Of a DNA stretch of 64,000 nt, positions 37,177-49,100 are shown in pieces. Where the stretch lies: the IMG/VR virus record IMGVR_UViG_3300025132_000022, positions 57,519-121,518 of that record. One strand, 5' to 3'. A program made the position numbers and the translations under genes. Below the pieces are notes generated by a model. It saw nothing but the letters and a program-made list of their open reading frames with translations, made no database searches and was not told the origin of the DNA. How positions within the stretch are numbered: the stretch's first letter is position 1; every line of letters starts with the position of its first letter. This DNA is from a virus.

Positions 37177-40100
37177 TCAAATACTGATATTAGGTATGGC
37201 TGATCTCGACTGGCGAGGTGCTCTCAATCCTTCAGTGTCTAACTCTGCTCTCCTAAACCTAACTTCGGCACTAATATTAACTAGTTCGATTAACGAAAAG
37301 TAATCATACGGCCAATTAAAACCGTACTCGAAGACATCATTTTCTACATTCAGCGCTCGCTCTGGGTGGTTCAAAGGCAACCTGTCTCTGATTTTCTTCT
37401 TGAAGTAGTTTGCTTGCGCCTTTTGCTTGACCTTGAAAACTATCCACTGCACGTCTTCATCCAGTTCTCCATTGTTTAGCAAGAAACTATCTTCTCTATC
37501 TCCCAATTCATGAAAAATTGCATTCGAACTTAAAACTCGACTGCCGTCAGCGCCGCCGAAAGTATCATCGCCGATGCTTGGTGACACGTTTTGCCATATT
37601 TTTGCAAGATCATCTCTCGTCAAAGTAACCGAAAACTCGAATAAATACATCGCAAATGGTTCGATATATTTTGTTTGTGGATTATTGTACTTCAAGAAGT
37701 TGAACTGAGGTGGAATATTGAATTCCAACATAGATTTAACCATCTTAAAGATTGAACGTCTGGGTGTAACTACTCTGGGTGGATCAGGCAATCTATCATT
37801 AGACGCTGGGCCAGGTAAGGTACCGCCCGATCTTCTAACCGCTTCAACATCCAAGATGTTCGCGTTGTCTCTCTGAGATCTCCTGCCCTCTTCCGTGTCA
37901 ATTTGATAGTTCTTAAATCCTAGATTTCTAACTGACTGATATACTTCATCTTTCGGTAGTTTGAAAAACTTTCTTTCCCCGTTGACTGTCCTAAACGGTA
38001 TTGCTACGATTGCTTCTTTTATTGTACGAGAGTCTGCGAGTTGACCTACCGTCTGCGTTTCGTTGTCTATGCCCAACAACTTTGACAGATCACTAGACCC
38101 GTTTCCTGGGATGACTCTAACTGACGGTCTCTTTCTAGTTCTGTGTGATCCCGTCTGGTGCCAAACCCCTCTCACTCTTGGCAAGTGTTGTATAGTCTTT
38201 GATGTCCTTGGCTGATCGATGTCGTCATAAGCAACTCTGGAAAAGTCAAATGTAGGACATTCGAACTTACTTTGGATCACAATGGAGGACCTATCGGGCA
38301 ACACTGTTCCATCCGTGTCGTAACTTTGTACAAGAGAGTTGTCCGACTTCAACTGAAGTCCATTGAAACTTTCTGAAAGTTGCATTGCATGAGCCCTGTT
38401 ATAAGATCCAACCACTGTGTTGAATCGATCACTTTCGTTGGAGACGAATCCACTCGATTTTGATGAAATCGATCCCGTGGCAGAAACCCTTCTGTAATAA
38501 ACAATTTCTGTATCTCTAGCGATCTCAGCAATCGTTGTATATGCTGGTCCGTCCTTTGCTGTAAATGTAAGCATTGCTCTAGCATATCCATCGTAGTGTG
38601 GTGGCAAGTATGGAGAAAAACCATAACCAACAAGGTCAGCAGATCTACTAAAATGTGTCCCGTTGGGGTGTGTATTTCTGAACTTTCCAGCGTCAAAAGG
38701 AATTCCGAATGCTGCAGGATTGTTGTACATTGGGTTATCTCTTTGAAACGAGCGGCGAAGGCCCGCGTTTAATTCAATGCCCATCTTGTACTCTTTTCCA
38801 ACTTCTGGTTCAAACTGAGGAGTGTCCGCTGAAGTGATCGTTACACCTCTTCGGTTTGCCAAGAAGAAATCCAAGCACTCTGCGTAAAAATTACTTGCAG
38901 CATAAGAGTAGACTGTTTTGCCTGTTTCTTTTGCGTCCGAAAGATTGAACACTGCCAGCGTAGATCCAGAATTCTTTGCCAACCCAAAATGGAAGTTTTC
39001 GTCTGTCTTATAGTTAGCACTGTAGGAGTCGTTTGCAACCCAACTAAAAGATTGTTGCTTGTGATCGTTTTGCCCCCTGTAACGGCGGGCGTTCGTAACG
39101 CTTGCCAAAATACTAGCACTAGGGTGTGGTTCCACTTCGTAAAACAGTGCGTTCTCATCTCTCATCTCAGGAGTATGAACGGCGGGGTCTATGATTGCCT
39201 CAAAGGGAACTCTAGTTATAGAACGTATTCCTGTATTCTGTAAGTCCATCTTTTGTCCCCAACCGTGCGAACCGATTGGTTCTGTTCCGATATCTGATGA
39301 CCCCGTGAAGTGGTTGTGTCCATAACTGGCAGATCCGATTCTTGGGATGGATGCATCATCTGTGAAGTTAAACTTACTCCCCACAACAAAAGACGGTATC
39401 ATTATTGAACCAGTGCAAGTAGAATAGGAACTGCTCAATTCAACGTTATTATCATGGAGCACCTTTTCCTGATAGTCGTCTGGATCTGTAAAGTACGTAC
39501 CGTCTTCTATATTGACATACCACGTTTTGTAGTCCCTTCTGTTAACAGGCGTCGCGGTTGGTGCGCCAGTATAAGAGTACCCAGTCTCGGTGGCATATTT
39601 ATATGTGTATTGTGCGGGATTAGAAACGTCAACAATGCCGTTGTATCTCTGCCTTTTTTTATTAGAGTACCTAAGATCATTCGCTAAAGATCCAGTCCAT
39701 TGTGTAAATCCATAAAATGTACCAGTTAAGTGATTATACTTTGTCGGCATATTAAACCCGTCGTATGAGGGTGCACTACCAGTTGTGTTATTTATTATCC
39801 TGCCAGTAAAGAGTGGTTGAGCGTGGTTAAACACATGCAACCCATTAGGGTGAGGGTCCAAGTACCCCGTATCTTGCCCAGGTCGATACCACCCTATAAT
39901 GTTGTTTGCTGATGCGCCTAGTATAGAATAAGGATTTCTTGGTCCAAGGGTGTCGCCTATCGTTTTAAATACTTGCAATGTAGTACCAGCATTGTCGCCG
40001 CCCGTCATTCCTTCAAACTTTGCAAGTCCTTCCGTAAAATCTGGAGTTGTGTTAACATACCCACTCAAGGACTTTGCCATTGCATCTGTGCCTGGAGTGT

Positions 40101-43100
40101 TGAGAATGACCATTTCTGTTAGCATGAACTCAGATGGTTTTAAGTAGTCCAGCGGTAAGTCTTGACTGACGCCTTCTGTTGCGATGATGTGAGAAGCGGC
40201 ACCGTTAACAAAATTGGTCTTACTCAATCCGCCTGCGCCTGTTCCACCAAGAGTGACGGTTCCGTTACCTGATGGCCCAAAACTTCTCTGTCTAATCGTT
40301 ACAGTGGTTGAATTAACGGTAGCGGTTAATAGGCGATTTGCATTTAAGCAAGTCGCTATGTTAGTTGCTGTTACAGCAGCAGATCCACCAATCGCATAAG
40401 TAGGAGCATCAGTGTGTGTTGCCGAGGTCGTCCCAGCGTGTGCTGTAGCTACAATCGTAGTACCATCAGTGGCGTCAAAAGTTATAGTTGTATTTCCTGC
40501 GCTCAAACTACCATTATTTGTTACCTGGACCGTAGCAGAGGCAGCAACTGGCGTAGTGCCTATGTTCGTTGCTTCGGTTGAATCTAGTTGTCCGTCAATG
40601 TGAAACTTATCTTTAGGATCGACATCATTGAGTGCAATATCTTCAAGGTAACCTTTATCGTTAGCATCGAGATCTGGTCTGGAATTACCATGAGGACCAA
40701 TTCCAGAATTTGCACTAATAGTTCCGTTACTAAGAAGTGTGTTTATCCTGTTGACATACCCTAAGTTCCCTCCAATGAAACAGTTTCTGCTGCCATCTAA
40801 TCTAGGAAATGCAGTATTTGTGCGGCCGCCCACTCCCGTGTAACTGAAAAATCCAGTGGAAGCATTAACAACTGCAGCGGCAGTAAACTTTTCTCCGTTT
40901 AACCAAGCGTCAAACCCTGTGATACTACCAGCGCCACTGTTTACGTTTGAATATCCTATGTTGTCTAAGTCAAGGGACAGTAACACATGGTTCCACCCAG
41001 GTGACATTGCCTTGTGTTGATTTATTTCCCCAGAAGTCGATTGCCTACTGATAGAGAAGTACTCTGTACCATCACCACCAGAGCAAATGAATCCAACGGT
41101 GTGTCTTCTATCTGGCGTGTAACCTGTACCATTTATAACGGTACCTCTATGGTGATCGTAGCGGCCGCCAAGAGAATCGACACCTACATAGTACCCAAAA
41201 TGAACACCCTTCTTCCACGCATTTGCTGTGTCATCTGAGTTACCAAACGATGCAATACATCCTTTTTGCCTGAGTGCACCAATAGTAGTTCCTGGCCACA
41301 TGTCACCCGAGAACGCTGTTGAGTACGTCTTTGGTAAATACATCCAAAATGATACGGTCAATGCTTTGCCAGATACACCTTCGCCGCCTGGTGCATAACT
41401 ACCAGAGACAAGTTTCGCCCAGTCAGAACCGCCGCCGATCTCAATTCTGTTTCTAGAGAGTTTTTTGTCTTTCTTAACTGCCTGTACACTTTCACCGCTT
41501 CGATAGTTCCATGAACCCGCTTCGGTTCCGCCAGTGTCGCCCCTTAAACTAGCAGACTGAAACATTACGCCATACTGATTGTACAGTCTGTCTTCTTGTG
41601 GTTCAATAATTGGATAGTCTACTGCTATACCAGACTTGACCGTATTGAATCCGATACCAGGTGCGTAGTACGGAGCAAGTGCATTTCTCCAATGTCCACC
41701 AGAAACATGAGTGCTATAAGATGAACTAAACTCTGTCGCTAATTGTACCATTCTGTCTGCTGGGTAGAACCCTCTGTAAGGTAGGAATTTTTTGTACGCT
41801 CTGCATCTCAAGATAAACTCTGCTGGTTCGACACCCTTAATTTCTGCCATCTGCTCTTTCACAATGTCAAAATCTTTCAGAAAGTCTGAATTACTGTAGA
41901 CTTTATAGAAATTTTCCTCGGCGCTGTTGCTGGGTTCGGTTACCTTAGATCCCGTTATGTTCAAGAAAGAATCATTACATGCAAAAAATGGATCTGCTCC
42001 ACCAACTTCGTTAACGTAATAGTTCATGTGATCGCTTATTTTAAACTCTGGTACAATTGAGTAATTCTTTGCAATCAACCTAGATTGTTCTGAAAAGTTC
42101 TCAAACTTGTCGAACTTAAACGGAGTGCTTCTTGATTGATCAGGAATCTTGAATGTCTGAGAATTGTATAGATGGTGATCGATCTTGTCATTTTTCTGAT
42201 AGATTGCCACCAGTTGCTTCTTTGGCATTTGTCGAAATATCTTGTCGTAAGTTTTAAAATCTGCTGATGATATTTTGGATACACCAATGTTCTCCCCTGT
42301 TTCATCGCCAAAGTGATCAAGTGCACCGAAAGACAATAAGGAGTGCTTTGGATTAGTGCTGGTGGCATAATAGGACTTAGAATTGCCTGCAAAAATTTGT
42401 GCTGACGGGAATGAACTTGTTGGGTTGCGTGATGCGTCAATAGCAATCTGTTCAGAATTAAAAAACAATTTAAATTCGTCTGACGGGTTTGTCTTCTTAG
42501 AGTGATATATTGTTGGCATGTAAATATTCCAACCTGGTTCATTTGCGCCGTTTGTGGGTGCGCCCTGAACAAATCTTACGTCTACCGCGCTGCCGAGTCC
42601 ACCTGTAACATATACTGAGTGGTACTTGAATATCGGATGTCCACTTGTTCCTTTCGTTCTCCTGTGTTCATCTGTTGCTAATATTTTTGCAACAGTTGTC
42701 CAGTTATTGTCTCCACTGTCTCGGTCGCTGACCCCCAACTGCACATAGAGTGGATAGGAGCCAGAGTTTAGTGAATCTATTTCTCTAATACCAAACGCGT
42801 CATCTGTGCTAGAACCGCTGTTTCCTGTTCTTAGGTGAAAATTAATTAACACTGCCTTTGATGCATCCACCAAAGCGCCTGTTGTCTGGATGTACCTGAT
42901 ATGAGAATGAGAACCCATATAGGTATCGTCATTTGCCTCATCATAACCGTCGAGCGAGGTGTTGTATGCAATTGGTGCCCCCATCAATGCTATTGGTGCA
43001 ACATGGTCTTCTGGATTGGAACCATTAGTTGTCGCATTATAAATTCTTGGACCAGTAACAGGAGATCCATTTTCTGCTGTTTGATTTAAGTGATTGCGCA

Positions 43101-46100
43101 TCCCAATAGGGACACGGCCGTAATCGGAGTATCCTTCTTCATCGTCTACACCACTAAAACCGTTTCCAAATCCATTAGAGTTTGGCAATGACATCGTAAG
43201 TGCTGCGTATATGTGACTTAAGTTGTGTGCCGCCGCAGCCACGGGTTGGTTTCTCCAATACGGCGCAACAGCGAAATCTGAGAAGAACTGTGCTTTTCTA
43301 TGGATAGTCCATGCTAGTTCAAGTTCTTGAAAATCACCTTGCACAGGTACACTCGCTGTTGCTTGCATCGGGAACGGTCTGGCGTACAGGGCGCTAGGTA
43401 TTGGGTCCGCAGCATTATTGTGAAATATGGAGTAATTCGCAAACAACTCGCCGCTACCGTCAGAACCCAAAGTGTCCGTTGTTTTACTCAACGCAACCGT
43501 CTTAAATCCATCTGGTGCGTCTAGAGGCCAAACGGAAAGTTTAGGGACAGTATATCCTTGAGAATTTACGCCGTTGGTTTGAGTTCTCTCGTCTCTTCTA
43601 TTCTTCCAAAAGTCTTTTGCAGAAAAGTCAACCCTCTCTCTCGTTCTTTCAAGGTAAGTGTTCTCTTCTTTGGGAAAAATGTTAATCCGATATATTGCCA
43701 TAGAAGAACGTGGTCTACTTAAATCAAAACCTCTAAGCATATTGTTGTTAAAGATGGACACCTTCGATCCATCAGCAGTGTTAATTTTCAAAAGATCTGT
43801 TAAATCATCTGATGCAAATTTACCGATAACATTTTGAAAAGAAAACTTATTACTTGCAAATCTTGGCCTGTTTTCACTATCTCTGACGATACCGAGCAAT
43901 CTAATTGGTTGCTTATTGGACGATACTGGAGGGTCTACAAACCTGAAATCAGTACTGGACACATCTCTAGACCTGACCGATGTGACTTTTTCGTGTCCTG
44001 TGGAATCTGGCCATGAATAGTTGCCCAGCGTATTTGTACGAACAGTAGTTATTCGACCCTCTTGTTGAGAGGTGGGCGGGGCATAGATATTGTTTCTTGC
44101 GATATGCCTACCCATTTGGGTCTGTCCAACTCTTAATTGCTTCCAACTTGGATAACCGTAGGGGCCCTGTCGATGTAATATGCTTCCCGACAGTAAGGCA
44201 CTACCAGAGAGTGTATTGGTTGTTGTATTTGTTCCTGGGTCAAGAATATCATTCACATCACTATTTGGCATATTTAGTCCAGCAAAGGTGACAGTGTAAT
44301 CTTCTTGACCCTTTCTCTCTCGACCAGGCAATATCCTACCTCTTGTGCCGATACTGGCGCTCAAGAACGGGTATGTCCTTTCATACTTCAGAGACCCTGT
44401 GGCACCAAGGATGGATGCGTCTGTGAAGGAGTGTAGGTGTCCTGCGATTTCAACCTTTCTCCTTCCTGTGTTCAGGGACGCAGTTATCCACGCATACTGA
44501 TAATCATTCTGCGGAATGGGATGTTGTACAAAAGCATTATCCCGATTTACATCCGTCTCGCCTTTATATCCATCAATTGGTCCGTCGCTTCGCATTGCAA
44601 AGCGATGTCTCGGGTTAGGATTAACTTTGTGGTTAGTCGGTAAACTCGTGTGAAAGAATTTAATATCCCTCAGTCCGTAGTGATCGAGGTCAGAACCAGC
44701 GGTGAATGTTCCCGCAATCCAGCGAACATAAATATCCTCTGTTTGCCCTGCTATTGATACATCAGCATCATGAAATTGATGTGTGCCTGCATCATTGGCA
44801 TGAGATATTGTCAGTGCTGTTTGGTAAACACCTGACAACCCTACTTTATATTGAAAAAAGAGAGGTTCGTTTGACTCAGGATTGTTGGTTAATCCAAAGT
44901 TTTGACTGAGTCCTGCATCGTCCGCTCCAATAATGTACTGAAATTTTATACGCACTGGGGTCTTTATCGGTGAATCATATTGAACCCATCGGAAATATGA
45001 TCGTGCAAACAGTAGTGGCAACCCTAATCCGACTCCGTTGACGTGGGTGTCTCGGTTTCCCTTTAAGGCCAAGATCTTCGAAGATGTGTCGGATGAGTTG
45101 TGTAAAACTCTAGGTCCGAGGGTCTCCGTCTCGTCGCTTTCGTTACTTGTCCACCCAGACGGTAATGTGTCTGTTGTTACATTTCCAAAGTTAATTGATA
45201 AAAACGGTCCAGGTGATCGAGGATCTATTCCAGTCTGGGGTATTTCGTTTAGAAAGTTTAGAGGTTGACGAACTGTCAAATTTCTATAGTTCAAAGAATT
45301 GTATACAGAATATTGATTAGTCTCCCTGTCAAGTCCATGTCCGCCCCTACTATCTCCTGCGACTTCAGGTCCGCCAGGGGAGGAAAACCTTGCCTTAAAT
45401 ACCGTTTTGCGGACTGGTCTTGCAAACTTTGCAAACTCCTTTACACCTGGTATTCCACGAGAAACTGAAGACGTCATTTGCTCCAAGTTGTCTATGAGGA
45501 AATCTTTTCTCTGGTCTTCAGACGTATATTGCACAATATCGTACATATGGTTAAAGTTACCAAGAGAAATACTAGATGTTGTGCTTTGTATGTTATCTAT
45601 ATTTACAGGTCGTTTCGCCAGAGGTGTTCTTAGGACCTGCGCGGACTGGAGACTGTGGTCTACGACTGGTAAATTATCACTGTCTATCTCCATTGAGGTT
45701 GGCGGTAACACATACAACTTACTGTCCTGTGCCAGGATCCTGAACGCTTCCTGTCTGCTTCTGCCATCCTTCTTTGCGTCCATATTTCCCAACAGCGAAG
45801 CGGACAGGTCTTGATGCCTATGTGCATTGCCCCCGACCCAGCGCTCGGTGAATGGAGATTGTAAGGTAACTTCTCGATCATCACCATATTCATCGGAATG
45901 CAGGTTAGTTATGTCAACGCCTTTTTTAAATTTCTCATGAAGGTTCGCCTGGTATCCAGAAATTGGATCCAGCGAACTGCTGTAAAGTGTAAATGGTGCT
46001 ATGTCGTTTACATCCATATCCCTATTGGAATGGGATATGTCCGCCGATGCCTTCACTTTATGCTTCCTGCTTGGGTTGATCACATCCTTACAGGGGTTTG

Positions 46101-49100
46101 ATGATGCCTCGGATCCCGTTACTGCAATATGAGATATTCCATGGGCAGTGGAAACGCCCGTAAACAATCGCTTCTTTTTGTTTCCAAACGTATTATCTCC
46201 ACCCTTAGCGTGGCGCTGATCCTCAACAGACAATCTATATGGTCGAGAAAGTTTTCTGACCGCATAAGTTGATCCAGACACAAAAGTATTTGCAGTCTTT
46301 CGTATAATTTCTCTATCTGGATCTACTTCCAAAGTTCCAGACACCAGTATATCTGAATTTCTTTGTGCGCGTTCTTTTGTCCACAGGCAGTGATTGTTTG
46401 CACCTTTGTCTATTGGAGCGTGGCCATGTTGCCAGTCGTACATCAACTCGTTGATTGCCCTGATTTGACCAACTGGATTAGGTTCCTTGAAGTCCATTGA
46501 AGGATACTTCATCTGAAACTTGTTTCTTTCGAGAATGTGACTTTCGATTACGTTCCTAATATCCTCAGATGCCACTACAGATGCTGGAACAAACTGATCT
46601 ATCATGATCGAAAGTGATGAGTCCAACCATTTATAGTAGTCAGAAAATCTCTCAATGTCTGGAGAGTTGCCTATTCTATCGAAAAACAACTGTCTCAGTT
46701 TAGCCAATGACTTATAGTCTTTTCTATACCTCTCGACAGGTGATCCTATGATGTTATTGAAATCTGTTATACCTGCAAAAAAGTTCAACATCTCGTCTGA
46801 AATAACACCGTACATACTTTTTTCAAAAGAGAAGTAAAAATCCGTGGGTTTGGTTTCTCTAGTAAAAGTCTCGTCGTCAAATCCTGAAATGTTAACCATG
46901 TCTCCAGATCTGATATTTTCCATTGGTTGCAGTTTAACTCCAGAGTCATATTCCATATTGACACTGCCAGTGCCAAGTTCACCAAAGTTTATACCTTGTG
47001 CTGGGTGGAGATACTTAATCGTCTCTTCCAATGGTCCGCCGTATAGGTTCGAATCTACTGATCCAGAGGACACGTCAGTAATCCACATTTTTCCGCCAGG
47101 GTTTGAACCAGACAAGTCATTAAAATTCCAATTTATTGCTAGAGTTTCAATCCTCGGAAGGTGTGTTCCCTCAAGATTATCGAGAGGCATGATATCTCTA
47201 CCAGGACTTGTGACTCCATACGAACTCGGATCTATTGTGTGTTGATGAAGTTCGTCGTTTGTCAAAAACGTGATCCAGTGTCTAAAGTTACTGATCTTAA
47301 CATCTGATGCTTGCAGTAGTCCGCCGTCAAAGTCCGTCCTGTGTGAACCGACATAGAACCTTCTAGACGCTTGCGTGAAATCATCACCAGTGGCAGTAGA
47401 CATTGAACTGCTGATTATAAACTGTTGATCGACAACGTCGTTAACTGAGGAAAAACAAGACAACTCTATGAAGTAAGGATTAGTTGATCCTGAAACCGCC
47501 ATCGAATCGGGGTTGTCCCTGTTGCGTAACCTTGTTCGAACAGCGACTTGCCATCTTCTAGAACTGTACAAATCATGTATAAAGGGCGTCTCCACTGGTT
47601 CAAACAAATTATTTCTGGACGTTAAGACAAACTTAGCAGTTCTAGAGTCCTGCCTATCTTTGACGGCATATACCTGAAAGTTTGCTACGTCATCTGTGTC
47701 TCTTGTCCAAGCGTGGGTTGTGCCATTTTGCCCTGCTGCGTTAGTCCTAACAGCGTGGCACCCAAACAGACTCGAACTCTGAGGGGTGTCAAAGTAAAAC
47801 CGATGCCCGATCGAGTGTCTGGCGGGGAAGAATACCTGTGCCTGGGTTGTTGACCCTGCTGGTAAGTTACTTGATCCCGATACGTACCCTCTTGTGTCCT
47901 TTTGTCTGTAAGTACTTGGAATGCTAGTAGTTTGAAAAACAGTGGCGTCCTTACTAGAGTCAGAGTTAAAATTAACATACTTGTTCTTAATAGTCGCTGG
48001 AACATAACTGCTTTCCAGCGGGTACACAGAATCAGTTGAGTAGACATTCATCTTAATCAGTTCGTTGTCGATACCAAAGCACCTAAACAAGTTTCTGAAC
48101 GATCTCTCAGTACCTTTGGACTTATATATGTCTGTCAGGTTGTTGTAGATGTTGTTGTAGATAAAATTCTTAATATTGTGCAGTTTTTCTTTAAATTTAT
48201 CTTCTTCATTTCTGTCATTAAAAATGTTTATGGTATCTTTGTCTAGAAACAGTTCTGGAGTTACCAACCCTAATGATTCAAGTTTTACGTTGTTAAAGGG
48301 ATGTGGTTTAAATTTTAAATCCAAGTACTTCTTGTTCTTTACATCCCTCATGTCTCTTATTTGAAGGAAGAGACTGTCAAAATAACTTGCCATGATTTGA
48401 GTTATCTTTCTCAGTTCATGTCCATTGTTTAGTCCATCATCATCTACGATCCAGTCTGGGATTGAATAGTACAGACTTGAGTTATTCGTCAGGTCGAAGG
48501 CGTATCCCTCTTCGAGAGAACTTGTTGTAAAAGCGATAACTTCTGGATGTGTCGGGTAAAGTATCGGATCTCTAAATTCTGCAAAGGAAGCGGAGGATTC
48601 TGTAATAGCAGAACCCGTGTGGCGAGCGTCTGTTGCGTACCCTATCCAGTTTCCGTTAGAAACTCTACCAGAATAGTCCAATACAATGTTGTCAATACCA
48701 GTGTCACCAGTGACGCCTTCATTGAATTTATAATAAACACCGAGTGAGGCATTTTCTATGTTCTCATTAGCACCTGCGCCAACTTGGTGATTGTAAAATC
48801 TACCAACCTGCTTTGAGTTTCTTGATGACTTCCAGAACCTAAACTCATCTATAGATCCTGCTAGTTTACCGTAACCACGTCCTGGATACTGAAGTCTTTG
48901 TACTTCGCCCTTTATGCCAGAGTTCGTTATAATACTAGCACCGTTGGTGAGAGTGCCGTTGTACCCACTGACATAATCCTTGATTCCGCCTGCGCCTGCT
49001 GCATCATCGGCATCGCCCATCTTGAACCAGGAAACAATGTTTGAGTACGCACTAAAGGTAGTCATCTCCAAGATCTTGCCAGTGTTATAAAGTTCGGTTA

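Noticed and set aside
40141-40148. ACTACTTA copy inside the 4491-aa gene
   Set aside because: It is about 3 kb from the next start codon and is compatible with chance occurrence.
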